Positions 32,800-42,576 of a DNA stretch of 64,000 bases are shown in pieces. Source of the stretch: Alphaproteobacteria bacterium. GTDB lineage: Bacteria > Pseudomonadota > Alphaproteobacteria > MPNO01 > UBA830. The stretch lies in the NCBI GenBank assembly GCA_965243135.1, contig OZ251539.1, positions 32,001 to 96,000 of the forward strand, read 5' to 3'. Position 1 is the first letter of the stretch; each line of letters begins with the position of its first letter. A program made the position numbers and the translations under genes. The notes beneath the pieces were generated by a model. The model saw nothing but the letters and a program-made list of their open reading frames with translations. It had not been told where the DNA came from and made no database searches.

Positions 32800-33527
32800 T
32801 CGGCGGCGCGCGCGATGTCGAGGAAAACGTCCTCCATGTTCGCGCGTTCGTATTTCGACAGGAGTTCGGCGGGGCTTCCGCGGTCGATGACGCGGCCCGT
32901 CTTCATCATGAGCACGTGGTCGCACATCCGCTCGACTTCCAACATGTTGTGCGAGGCGAGCAGGATGGTTGCGCCCCGGCGCTGCCGGAATTCCAGGAGA
33001 AGGCCGCGGACCCAGTCGGCGACGTCCGGATCGAGCGAGGCGGTCGGCTCGTCCAGCAGCAGCAGCTCCGGCTCGTTCAGCAGCGACTTGGCCAGAGAGA
33101 CTCGGGTCTGCTGGCCCGAGGAAAGCTCGCCGAACGGCCGGTCCAGAAAATCGTCGAGCGCCAGACCGGCAGTCAGCTCCGCGACCTTGCCGTCCGGTTC
33201 CGGCACCCCGTACAGCCTGGCGTAAACCTGCAGGTTCTCGCGCGGCGTCAGGCGTTTGGGAAGATCGACGTAAGGCGAGGAAAAATTGATGCGGGGCAAC
33301 GCTTCGTAGCGGTTTCGCCACATGTCGACGCCGAGGACCTCCAGCGACCCTGCGGTCGGCGTCAACAGGCCCAGAAGCATGGAGATCGTCGTGGTCTTGC
33401 CGGCGCCGTTTCCGCCGAGCAAGGCGACGACCGCGCCTTTCTCCACTTCGAAACTCACATGGTCGACGGCCACGATGTCGCCGAAGCGCTTCGTGAGCCC
33501 TTTCACGCTGATGGCAGGATCGAACAT
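32796..33527 (-). CDS. ABC transporter ATP-binding protein
   Basis: GGNGAGKTT, LSSGQ, LLLDEPT and ASH motifs. Confidence 0.95.
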   Translation of the reverse strand: MFDPAISVKGLTKRFGDIVAVDHVSFEVEKGAVVALLGGNGAGKTTTISMLLGLLTPTAGSLEVLGVDMWRNRYEALPRINFSSPYVDLPKRLTPRENLQVYARLYGVPEPDGKVAELTAGLALDDFLDRPFGELSSGQQTRVSLAKSLLNEPELLLLDEPTASLDPDVADWVRGLLLEFRQRRGATILLASHNMLEVERMCDHVLMMKTGRVIDRGSPAELLSKYERANMEDVFLDIARAAE

Positions 33528-33699
33528 GCCTATGAAATGCCCGCAGGAGAAACGCCAGTCAATTTCCTTTTGCCGGCGGCTGGGTGTAGAACGCCCCTTC
33601 AAGTTGGATGCTGAAGGAAAGCGGCTCGGCCGCCCGGCCGCGAACTGACCCGCAACGCGGGCCGGCGCGGCTTCGAGCAAGCCCGTCGGCTGCGACCGA

Positions 33700-34025
33700 A
33701 TGCCGCAGCGCGGCCGAACCGGCGGTTGCGCGCCGCCCCGACGCCGTTCTCGGGTCGGGAAATCCGGGGTAGAACGCGATACAGTTCGCGCGCGAATAAA
33801 GCGGCTTGGAATCGGGAGGCTGCGACCATACGCGACGACGGGCCCCGTTTTCCTGGGGCGCTGTTGGAGCGGCCGGGGAAGCCCTGCGTTTCGGCGCGCG
33901 GCGGGCGAGGGGTTCGCCCGGACGCTGTTGCAGAGATCCGGCGAGTGCGTCACTTTCGAGAGCGATGCGCAGGGCGGCGGCGCGGTCGTCAGGGCGTCCT
34001 GGCGGCGGAAGCTGCGACGAAGACG
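33700..34025 (+). pseudogene. regB: Remnant of RegB/PrrB/ActS histidine kinase C-terminus
   Basis: Fragments GNPG*NAIQFA, TIRDDGPRFPGALLERPGKPCVS and FARTLLQRSG...GGAVVRASW match the HATPase boxes of RegB. Stops and frameshifts present. Confidence 0.6.
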
Positions 34026-34031
34026 GCGGAG

Positions 34032-34571
34032 ATGAACGCTATCGACAAACATGACGGCAGGACGCTGCTGGACGACGGGCCTCCGTTTCGCTCGCGTCTC
34101 GCGCGGGCGATGCGGTGCCGAGGTTTCGAAGTGTCGACGGCCGACCCGGCGGCCGCGGGAAGCGACAGCGTAAAGAGGCATGCCTTCGCCGTTCCGAGGC
34201 CGAAAGACGGCAACCGGCTCGACGCGGTCGCGGCCGGCGAGCGCCCGGACTCCCGGATCGCGACGCTGGCCGGGTGCGCTGCGGCGGCGACCGCGGCCGG
34301 AAAAGCCGGCGCGGTCGACTGTCTCGCCAGGCCGACGGACGCCGACGCCGCTCCGCTGGTCACCGGGTCGGAGTTGCCGCCGCCGCCCGAACTCCCGTTG
34401 TCCGCCGAACGCGTAAGGCGGGAACGCACCCTGAGAGTCTACGAGCGGCGCGGCGGAACCCGCGTCGTCGAACCCTGCGACGCGTCCTGGCCAGGCGCGC
34501 GCCTCGCGAAACCGGCGATGCATAGGGTTCCGCGCAGCCGGCGCGCGAGGCGGGAGACGCGGCCGTGCTGA
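34032..34571 (+). pseudogene. regA: Degenerate RegA/PrrA/ActR response regulator
   Basis: LLDDGPPFRSRLARAM.RGFEV, KAGAVDCLARPTDAD, PPPPELPLSAERVR.E...RVYE and MHR motifs. Phospho-acceptor region and HTH disrupted by deletions. Confidence 0.75.
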
Positions 34572-35233
34572 CGCTCTATCACGACTGGCTGTCGCCCTTC
34601 TGCAGGAAGATTCGGGTCGCGCTCGCCGAGAAGAAGCTGGATTTCGAGCTCGAGCTGGAGGACGCCGCGCTGCGGCGTCCCGAGTTTCTCGCCATGAATC
34701 CCGCCTGCGACACGCCGGTGCTGGTGGAGGACGGGGGACCGGTGGTTTCGAGTTCCGGCGCGATCTCGGAATATCTCGAAGAGAGGCATCCGGATCCGCC
34801 GCTGTATCCCGGCGACGCGGCGGACCGCGCGGAAATCCGCAGGCTGATCGCGTGGTTCGACCTCAAGTTCGATCACGAGGTGACCGGAAACCTGCTCGGG
34901 GAAAAAGTGGGCAAGCGAATGGCGGGCGGCGGGTCGCCCGACACCATGGTCATGCGCGCCGGGCGGGAGAACTTCCATATCCACCTGGACTACATCGCAT
35001 GGCTGACCGAGCGTCGGCATTGGCTGGCGGGCGAAGCGTTCTCCATGGCGGATATCGCGGCGGGCGCTCATCTGTCCTGCCTCGACTACATCGAGGAAGT
35101 GCCCTGGAGCGATCACGCGCAGGCCAGGGAGTGGTACGCCCGTCTCAAATCCCGTCCGTCCTTTCGCGACGTTCTGACCGACCGCGTACCGGGAATGCAG
35201 CCGCCCGACCACTACGCGGACCCGGATTTCTGA
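34565..35233 (+). CDS. Glutathione S-transferase family protein (FzlA-like)
   Basis: LSPFCRKIR, MNPA, WFDLKFDHEV, HLSCLDY, LKSRPSFR and C-terminal HYADPDF. Confidence 0.88.
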   Translation: MLTLYHDWLSPFCRKIRVALAEKKLDFELELEDAALRRPEFLAMNPACDTPVLVEDGGPVVSSSGAISEYLEERHPDPPLYPGDAADRAEIRRLIAWFDLKFDHEVTGNLLGEKVGKRMAGGGSPDTMVMRAGRENFHIHLDYIAWLTERRHWLAGEAFSMADIAAGAHLSCLDYIEEVPWSDHAQAREWYARLKSRPSFRDVLTDRVPGMQPPDHYADPDF

Positions 35234-35476
35234 ATCCGGCGGGCGGCGCGCCCGCCGCGGCGGCCGCGAGGCCGCCTGCGCGCAAACCGCGCCGGACGGC
35301 GGCGGCGCTTCCGGCCGCTTCGCCGGGCCGCCAGGGAAACGGCGGGCTTCGGCGCTCTCGGCGAAGAGCCGGTCGGCGGGGCCGTTCGCCGATTGTCAGG
35401 CGGCGCGCGCGTAGTAAGATTCCGGGACTTCGCGCGGAAGAGCCCGGGGAGCGGACGGCGTCGTCGAGGGGAAGCG

Positions 35477-36760
35477 ATGGTCAGGGTCAGTCACATGCTG
35501 GGAGCGCTGGTCGAGCTCGGCAGGCATTATCTCGAACGATCGCCCGCGGGCGGCGATGTCGAGGCGTTGGCGTCGGGATGCCGCGACCTCGTTTCCGTCG
35601 TCGGAGAAGCGTCGGGGACGGCGCTGGCCGGCGACATCGTGCAGCGCTATCTGGCTCTCGACGACGACGGCAGGTTGGACGTTCTGAAGAGACTCGACCG
35701 CGAATTCGCACCCGATGCGGACAAGGTCGCCGCGGCGTGCCGCGGCTTTCTGTCGACGCCCGCGCAAGAAGCGTATCTGGATCTCGCGCAGGCCATCGAA
35801 GCGCCGCGCCAGGAGCTATTTCGGCGCCTGAACATGGCGCCGGGCGGCACGGCGGCCATCGTCGGCATGCGCGGACTCCTGCTCTCCCGGCGGGAAACTG
35901 GAGCGGCGGGGTTGGAATACGATCTGCTGCACTTGCTGTCGTCCTGGTTCAATCGCGGGTTTCTGCAGTTCGAACGCGTCGACTGGCGAACGCCGGCGGT
36001 CGTTCTCGAAAAGCTCATCGCCTACGAGGCCGTGCACGCGATAACGGGATGGGACGATCTCCGGCGCCGCCTGGCGCCGGATCGCCGTTGCTTCGCGTTC
36101 TTTCACCCGGCCTTGCCGGACGAGCCCCTGATATTCGTCGAGGTGGCCCTCACCCGCGGCCTCGCCGGCCGGATCCGCGATCTGATCGACGCGCCCGAAA
36201 AGGCGGACGAAAAGGCCGACACCGCGATATTCTACTCGATCAGCAATTGCCAGAGCGGACTGGCCGGGATCAGTTTCGGGAACTTTCTGATCAAGCAGGT
36301 GGTCGACGCGATCCGGGACGAACTTCCCGAGATCAAGCGGTTCGCGACCCTCTCGCCGATACCGGGGTTTCGGCGCTGGCTGGACGAGACGCTGGTCGAC
36401 GAATTGCCGGTGACCCTGGCGGAAGAGGACGTGGAGGCGCTGGACAGGGGCGACTGGCAGCGCGACGAGGCGTCCCGGCAATCGCTTCGACCGGCCTTGA
36501 TGCAGCTTTGCGCCGCGTATCTCCTCGAGCCGGGCGGTCCGGACCCCGTCGCCCGCTTCCACCTCGGCAACGGAGCGCGCGTCGAGCGGATCAACTGGGA
36601 CGCCGACCCGTCCCCGAAAGGCGTCGAACAGTCCGCCGGGATGATGGTCAACTACCTTTATGCGCCTCAGCGGATCGTCGCCAATCACGAGGCGTTCGCG
36701 CGGCACGGCGCCGTCGCGGCCTCGAGCGGGGTTTCGAGGCTGGCCGCGGGGCGGAGCTGA
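35477..36760 (+). CDS. Malonyl-CoA decarboxylase
   Basis: SWFNRGFL, YEAVH, EPLIFVEVAL, FYSISNCQ, TLSPIPGF and DPVARFHLGNGA motifs. Confidence 0.95.
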   Translation: MVRVSHMLGALVELGRHYLERSPAGGDVEALASGCRDLVSVVGEASGTALAGDIVQRYLALDDDGRLDVLKRLDREFAPDADKVAAACRGFLSTPAQEAYLDLAQAIEAPRQELFRRLNMAPGGTAAIVGMRGLLLSRRETGAAGLEYDLLHLLSSWFNRGFLQFERVDWRTPAVVLEKLIAYEAVHAITGWDDLRRRLAPDRRCFAFFHPALPDEPLIFVEVALTRGLAGRIRDLIDAPEKADEKADTAIFYSISNCQSGLAGISFGNFLIKQVVDAIRDELPEIKRFATLSPIPGFRRWLDETLVDELPVTLAEEDVEALDRGDWQRDEASRQSLRPALMQLCAAYLLEPGGPDPVARFHLGNGARVERINWDADPSPKGVEQSAGMMVNYLYAPQRIVANHEAFARHGAVAASSGVSRLAAGRS

Positions 36761-36866
36761 ACGCCGCTCCGCGGCGGGCGTCCGTCGCCGGAGGGGAAAG
36801 GGGATCCCGCGAAAAAAAAGCGTTCGCGACGCGTTTTCGATGGTAAAATGTTCGAGGGAAAAGGAC

Positions 36867-37580
36867 ATGCAGCTGAACGACGAACGCTGGCGCGCCCCGG
36901 AAGGCGCGACGATATACGCGATCGGCGACATTCACGGCCGGGCCGATCTCCTGCGCGATCTGCACGCCAGGATACGCGCCGATTTCGCCGAACGCCGTCC
37001 GGACCGGGCGAAGATGATTTACCTCGGCGATTACGTCGACCGCGGCCCGGCATCCCGCGAGGTGATCGACCTCATTCTGAACGAACGGCCCGAGGGCGTG
37101 GAAACGGTCTGCCTTCTCGGAAATCACGAGGATCTCATGCTGTCCTTTCTGGACGGCGGATCGATGGCGCTGGATTGGCGGCCGAACGGCGGCGGCGAGA
37201 CGATGCGGAGCTACGGCGTCGATCCCGAATCGCCGTACAGCCGAAGCGAACTCGAGAAGCGGTTGCCGGAAGCGCACATGGAATTCCTTCGATCCCTCGA
37301 ACTCTACCATGTCGAGGGCGATTACCTGTTCGTGCACGCGGGTATCGTGCCGGAGATGCCGCTGTCGGAACAGTTGCGCTTCGATCTGACCTGGATTCGG
37401 GAGGAATTCCTCGAATCCGACGTGGACCACGGCAAATGCGTCGTCCACGGGCATACCATTCGCAAGGAGGTGGACGTCCGGCCGAACCGGATCGGCATCG
37501 ACACCGGCGCGTTCTTCACCGGCAAGCTGACCTGCCTGGCGCTCGAAGGGAATTCGCGATCCCTGATTCAGACGTCGTGA
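36867..37580 (+). CDS. Calcineurin-like metallophosphoesterase (Ser/Thr protein phosphatase family)
   Basis: GDIHG, GDYVDRG, GNHE, VHAG, HGHT and IDTG motifs. Confidence 0.93.
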   Translation: MQLNDERWRAPEGATIYAIGDIHGRADLLRDLHARIRADFAERRPDRAKMIYLGDYVDRGPASREVIDLILNERPEGVETVCLLGNHEDLMLSFLDGGSMALDWRPNGGGETMRSYGVDPESPYSRSELEKRLPEAHMEFLRSLELYHVEGDYLFVHAGIVPEMPLSEQLRFDLTWIREEFLESDVDHGKCVVHGHTIRKEVDVRPNRIGIDTGAFFTGKLTCLALEGNSRSLIQTS

Positions 37581-37635
37581 GCCGCGGCCCGCGCTTCGGC
37601 CCGGGCCGCGCCGCCGGGACGGGCGGCGAAGAGCC

Positions 37636-37827
37636 TTGAAGGCTCTCGCGTTCTTTCTGAGCGCGTTGCTGGCGCTCGCCGTGGCGGGCGCCGTGCATGT
37701 CTGGAACGAAATCGGCGACGTCGAGATGAGCGCCCTCGGCGTTTTCGCGATGGCGGGCGGCGCGCTCGCGACCCTCGGTCTCGGAATCGGCCTGATGCGA
37801 CTGATATTCAGGAGCGAACGCCGGTAA
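37636..37827 (+). CDS. Small membrane protein, hypothetical
   Basis: 63 aa with two hydrophobic helices and GLMRLIFRSERR tail. Confidence 0.6.
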   Translation: MKALAFFLSALLALAVAGAVHVWNEIGDVEMSALGVFAMAGGALATLGLGIGLMRLIFRSERR

Positions 37828-37884
37828 CCCCGGCCGGACGTTCGCGGACGAAGCGCAGAAACGAGCGCGCGGGCGGCCCCGCGT

Positions 37885-38994
37885 TCAGAAAGCGATCACG
37901 CTCCGGATCGACTTGCCTTCGTGCATCAGGTCGAACGCGTCGTTTATGTCGTCGAGCGGCATGGTGTGGGTGATCATCGGGTCGATCTCGATCTTCCCGT
38001 CCATGTACCAGTCGACGATGCGGGGCACGTCGCGGCGGCTCCTGGCGCCGCCGAAGGCCGTTCCTTTCCAGACCCGCCCGGTAACCAGCTGAAACGGACG
38101 GGTCGAGATTTCCTGGCCTGCGCCGGCGACGCCGATGATGACGCTGACTCCCCATCCCCGGTGGCAGCATTCGAGCGCCTGGCGCATGGTGTCGACGTTG
38201 CCGATGCATTCGAAGGAGTAGTCGGCGCCGCCGTCCGTCAGGTCGACCAGGTAGGCGATCAGGTCGCCGTCGACCTCGGACGGATTGACGAAGTGGGTCA
38301 TGCCGAACCGCTCGGCCATTTCCTTCTTCGCGGGATTCAGGTCGATGCCGACGATCGTTCCGGCGCCGGCGAGGCGGGCGCCCTGGATTACGTTCAGCCC
38401 GATTCCGCCGAGGCCGAAGACGACCACGCTGGCGCCGGGCTCGACCTTCGCCGTGTTGATGACGGCTCCGATGCCTGTCGTCACGCCGCAGCCGATGTAG
38501 CAAATCTTGTCGAACGGCGCGTCCTCGCGGACTTTCGCGAGGGCGATTTCGGGCACCACGGTGTGGTTCGCGAACGTCGAGGTGCCCATGTAGTGATGGA
38601 TCTTCTCTCCGCCGAGCGAAAACCGGCTGGTGCCGTCGGGCATGACGCCCTGTCCCTGGGTCGCGCGGATCGCGGTGCAGAGATTGGTCTTGCCCGAGAG
38701 GCAGGACTTGCATTGCCGGCATTCCGGAATGTAGAGCGGAATCACGTGGTCGCCCTTTTCGAGGGCGGTCACGCCGGGTCCGGCGTCGACCACGACGCCG
38801 GCGCCCTCGTGTCCGAGAATCGCGGGGAACAGGCCTTCCGGGTCGGCGCCCGAGAGCGTGAACTCGTCGGTATGGCAGACGCCGGTCGCCTTGATCTCGA
38901 CGAGTACCTCGCCTTCCCGCGGGCCTTCGAGGGTGACGGTTTCGACGGCGAGGGGCTTGCCCGCTTCGGCGGCGATCGCGGCGCGCGTTTCCAT
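37885..38994 (-). CDS. frmA: S-(hydroxymethyl)glutathione dehydrogenase / class III alcohol dehydrogenase
   Basis: GVCHTD, GHEGAG, four-Cys zinc loop, GLGGIG and [14 protein letters not shown] motifs. Confidence 0.95.
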   Translation of the reverse strand: METRAAIAAEAGKPLAVETVTLEGPREGEVLVEIKATGVCHTDEFTLSGADPEGLFPAILGHEGAGVVVDAGPGVTALEKGDHVIPLYIPECRQCKSCLSGKTNLCTAIRATQGQGVMPDGTSRFSLGGEKIHHYMGTSTFANHTVVPEIALAKVREDAPFDKICYIGCGVTTGIGAVINTAKVEPGASVVVFGLGGIGLNVIQGARLAGAGTIVGIDLNPAKKEMAERFGMTHFVNPSEVDGDLIAYLVDLTDGGADYSFECIGNVDTMRQALECCHRGWGVSVIIGVAGAGQEISTRPFQLVTGRVWKGTAFGGARSRRDVPRIVDWYMDGKIEIDPMITHTMPLDDINDAFDLMHEGKSIRSVIAF

Positions 38995-39175
38995 ATCGTG
39001 AATCCTTCCGTTGTCCGACGCGCGGCATGTTTTCAGCAGAGCGGCTCCGATGCAAGCGGAATCGCGCGGCGTCCCGCCCGCGCCGCCGGTTTCGCGCCGT
39101 CGACCCAGGCGGCCTTGCCCGGCCGTTCCCTCCCGGGCGCCGCGAGCCGGGTCGCCGGGCGGCGAACGGGTTTCC

Positions 39176-40018
39176 CTATCCCGCCCCGGCGATCGCCGCG
39201 AGCACCGGCATGAGGTACTCGCGGAACTTCGCCGGATTCTCCGACATCGGAAAATGCCCGAGCTCTTTCATGATGACCGCTTCGACGCCGATTCTGCGGG
39301 CCGTCCGCAAGGTGTCTTCCGGCGTGCAGGAGAAGTCGTACTCCCCCGTCATCAGGTAAACCGGGCACCGCGCCGGATCGATTTTCAGATCGCGGTAATC
39401 GGAATCGGACCGGTAGAAGTGAAGGTCTCCCTTGAATATCCCGGGTCCGCCGGCCAGATAGCCCCAAAGCGTTTCCCAGCGGCGCTCTTCCGGGCTCTGC
39501 GGCGCGACGAGGCCCGAGATCAGGGCCGCGCAGACTTCGCCGCCGTGCACGTCGGGACGATGCAGCCAGTCGCGGTCGTACCACGGTTCCTGATGATCGG
39601 CCGCCTCGACGCCGATCACCGCCCGGAATTCGTCCGGCCGGACGCCGGCGAGGCGAAGGGCGATTCGGCCGCCCATCGAGCAGCCGAGCAGGACCGGCCG
39701 GTCGAGATCCAGCGCCGCGCAGAACGCCCGGACGGTCTCTTCGTAGAGTTTCGCGGTCAGCCGGTACTCCTCCTCGTGATATCCGGAGGGCGGCAGCGAC
39801 TTGCCGTGCCACGGCATGTCGAACGCGACGACGCGGAACCTTCCGGCGATCGCGTCGTCGTTCAACATATGCCGATACTGCGTCGCGTCGGATCCCGCCG
39901 TGTGAAGGCACAGCAGCGGAACGCCGGAGCCGGCTTCCTCGAAGTAGACGCGATGCGCCCGGCCGCCGATGTCGAAATGCACGTAGCGGCCGACGACCGG
40001 TTCCAGGCGGCCGGTCAC
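39176..40018 (-). CDS. Alpha/beta hydrolase
   Basis: [19 protein letters not shown] nucleophile elbow and GHFPMSE. Confidence 0.88.
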   Translation of the reverse strand: MTGRLEPVVGRYVHFDIGGRAHRVYFEEAGSGVPLLCLHTAGSDATQYRHMLNDDAIAGRFRVVAFDMPWHGKSLPPSGYHEEEYRLTAKLYEETVRAFCAALDLDRPVLLGCSMGGRIALRLAGVRPDEFRAVIGVEAADHQEPWYDRDWLHRPDVHGGEVCAALISGLVAPQSPEERRWETLWGYLAGGPGIFKGDLHFYRSDSDYRDLKIDPARCPVYLMTGEYDFSCTPEDTLRTARRIGVEAVIMKELGHFPMSENPAKFREYLMPVLAAIAGAG

Positions 40019-40380
40019 GGTTCCGGCTCCCGGCGCAGCGACGCGAGAACCTCCTTGAAGTAGCGGAGATTCGCCATGAAGGGTTGAAGATCGCCCTCGA
40101 TCGCGGCTTCGCCGGATTTCGTCATCGCGAAGATGTCGTGGTAGCCGGGCCGCGGCGTCGGCGCCGTAAACTCCCGCCACGCCTCTTCCGTCACGCGGAT
40201 CGCGAACCGCCATGACGCCATGACGTGCGGGCGCTCGCGAGCCGCCGCGACTCTGCCTCGCAAGATTTCGATCAGCCACTCGTCGCCGCCGACGCCGAGA
40301 AGAAACGTCACGGTCAAGCGCCTTCCGCGCCGGACGAGGCTCGCGTTTTCGTTTACGGCGCGGGGCAGGGCGTCGAACAT
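40015..40380 (-). CDS. Small SCP2-like hypothetical protein
   Basis: 121 aa with IEGDLQPFMANLRYFKEVL tail; translationally coupled to the hydrolase. Confidence 0.65.
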   Translation of the reverse strand: MFDALPRAVNENASLVRRGRRLTVTFLLGVGGDEWLIEILRGRVAAARERPHVMASWRFAIRVTEEAWREFTAPTPRPGYHDIFAMTKSGEAAIEGDLQPFMANLRYFKEVLASLRREPEP

Positions 40381-40418
40381 CGGCGGGCGCGGCGGAAGCT
40401 CGTTCGCGCGCGCGGCGT

Positions 40419-41192
40419 CTACGGGGCGACCCCGGCGGCTCCGGCGATCAGCCCCCAGAACGCGGAGGGATCCTCCGCATGGGCATTGTGGCCGAGGCCG
40501 CCGAGCTCGACCGCGCCGGGGTCGAGCGTCCGGAGGTCGGTTACCGAGACCATCCGGTCGCGCTCGCCGGCCGCCAGGATCACCGGCGCGCCGGCGACGG
40601 CGTGAATTTTCCTCGTGTCGGCGCGGGCAACCATGGCGGCCCGGTTGTCCGCCGCGAGCCGCCAGCGGCCCGCCTCGGCGGCGACGCCGGAGGCCGCGGC
40701 GTCGGAGGCGGGGTCGACGATGCCCTTGAGGCCGGTCACCAGAACGAAGCGTTCGCGCGCTTCCCGCTCGGTGTCGAACCAGCGCGCCGGCGCCTCGACC
40801 AGCCTGTCGATCGCGGAACGCTCCTCTTCTTTCCAGTCGACCTTGACGCCGACGGCGACGACCGCGGCCGGCGTCACGCCGAACCATCCGCTGGCCATCA
40901 GAATGCCCACGAGTCCACCCATGGAATGGCCGGCCAGGTACGGCGCATCCGCGCCGTCCAGAAGCGCCGCCATGTCGGCGGCGTGGCGGCCGATGCCGTA
41001 GTCGCCGCAATGCGCCGAACGGCCATGTCCCCGCATGTCGGGAACGATCCAGCGTCCCGGCCATTTCTCCCGCAGGATGTTCCGCAGGCCGGTCCATACC
41101 TCGCCCGTGCCCGACAGCCCGTGCATCAGCAGGAGCGCCGGGTCCCCGCCGGTCCCGCCCTCCTCGACCCAAAGCCCCGAGCCGGTTCTCAT
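40419..41192 (-). CDS. Alpha/beta hydrolase
   Basis: HGLSG, DMRGHGRS, GHSMGG and GHNAHAE motifs. Confidence 0.88.
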   Translation of the reverse strand: MRTGSGLWVEEGGTGGDPALLLMHGLSGTGEVWTGLRNILREKWPGRWIVPDMRGHGRSAHCGDYGIGRHAADMAALLDGADAPYLAGHSMGGLVGILMASGWFGVTPAAVVAVGVKVDWKEEERSAIDRLVEAPARWFDTEREARERFVLVTGLKGIVDPASDAAASGVAAEAGRWRLAADNRAAMVARADTRKIHAVAGAPVILAAGERDRMVSVTDLRTLDPGAVELGGLGHNAHAEDPSAFWGLIAGAAGVAP

Positions 41193-42046
41193 CTTCCGGT
41201 CCAGACGGGCTTGCGCTTTTCGCGGAACGCCGCGTTGCCCTCGCGCGCGTCCTGCGACTGGATCAGAACGGACTGGCCGAGCCGCTCGATCAGGCGACCG
41301 GTTTCCGTGTCGGCGTTCTGGCAGGTGTTGATGACGTGCTTCGCCATGCCCAGCGCCAGCGGCGCCCGCTCCCGCAGCACTCGCGCGAACCCCAGCGTTC
41401 CTTCCATGAGGTCGTCCGGCGCGAACACGCGATTGACCATGCCCCACCGCTCGGCCGCGGCCGCTCCGACGGGGAGCGTCGTCATCATCATCTCCTTCAG
41501 CCGTCCGATGCCGATAAGCTGGATCATGCGCGAGGCCGCCCCCGACGCGGGAATGACGCCGATGTTGTTCTCGGTCAGAACGAATTCGGCGTCTTCGGAC
41601 GCCGTGCGGAAATCGCTGGCGACCGCGATCTCCACGCCGCCGCCGGCGCATATCCCGTTGACCATCGAGATCACCGGCTTTTCCATGTTCTCGACGTCGT
41701 CCAGCATTTCGTGGTTGGCCCGGACATAGGCGCGGTACTGCGGCGACGGCAGGTTGTTCTCGTAGTCGAGGCCGAGAATGTCGCGTCCCGAGCAGAAACC
41801 GCGCCCCGCGCCGGTCACGACGAGCACGCGGACCGCGTCGTCGAAATTCGCCTTCCAGATCGCCGATCGAATCTCGCGGATCATGCGTTCGTCGAAGGCG
41901 TTGAGCTTTTCCGGCCGGTCGAGCGTCAACACGGCGATTCCCTCTTCGGCCGTTTCGAACCGGATGGTTTCGTATTCTTCCGGGTGATCGATGAAACCGA
42001 GCGGCTTGCCGCCGCCATCGAGCCGGACTCTCTGTGCTTTCGACAT
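41189..42046 (-). CDS. Enoyl-CoA hydratase/isomerase family protein
   Basis: LDRPEKLNAF, FCSGRD, VNGICAGGG and AFREKRKP motifs. Confidence 0.92.
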   Translation of the reverse strand: MSKAQRVRLDGGGKPLGFIDHPEEYETIRFETAEEGIAVLTLDRPEKLNAFDERMIREIRSAIWKANFDDAVRVLVVTGAGRGFCSGRDILGLDYENNLPSPQYRAYVRANHEMLDDVENMEKPVISMVNGICAGGGVEIAVASDFRTASEDAEFVLTENNIGVIPASGAASRMIQLIGIGRLKEMMMTTLPVGAAAAERWGMVNRVFAPDDLMEGTLGFARVLRERAPLALGMAKHVINTCQNADTETGRLIERLGQSVLIQSQDAREGNAAFREKRKPVWTGR

Positions 42047-42105
42047 GTCCCCGCATTCCGCGCGTCCGGGCATCCTGTCGTTTCTCCCGATTGTTATCAA
42101 CCGGC

Positions 42106-42576
42106 TCAGAGCGGTACGCAGATGCCGTTCATTACGCTGTCGCAGTCGACGAGTTCGACCTTCTTCCAACGGATGAGAAAGCTGCCTCCGCCGGGCTCCA
42201 GCCCGTGCCATTGCGTGCCGCCGAACAGGCGTTGCCGGTCGCTGCGGTATTCGATCGCCTGGAACTTCGACCGGACGGTTACGATGCCGTCGGCCTCGCT
42301 CTCGATCGTCGGGTTGGCGACGATGCGGCTGGTTCGGGACTGCGGCGTTTGGGCATGCGCCCGCGCGGCGGCGAGTCGGCGCACGCGGGTTTCGAGAAGC
42401 CTCCGGTCGTCGTAGATCAGCGAGACCGTGTTCCTCGGGTCGGCTTGACCTTCTTCCACGGGCATCCAATACCACGCCTTCTCGCCGAACAGCGCCAGCC
42501 ACTCTTCCCATCGCCGTTCGTCCAGGAGACGGGCTTCGCCGACGAGAAACGCCTCTATGGACGCGGCGAGGGACAT
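42106..42576 (-). CDS. Aromatic ring-hydroxylating dioxygenase beta subunit
   Basis: EARLLDERRWEEWLAL, YWMP, RVRRL and KKVELVD motifs; coupled to the alpha subunit. Confidence 0.92.
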   Translation of the reverse strand: MSLAASIEAFLVGEARLLDERRWEEWLALFGEKAWYWMPVEEGQADPRNTVSLIYDDRRLLETRVRRLAAARAHAQTPQSRTSRIVANPTIESEADGIVTVRSKFQAIEYRSDRQRLFGGTQWHGLEPGGGSFLIRWKKVELVDCDSVMNGICVPL

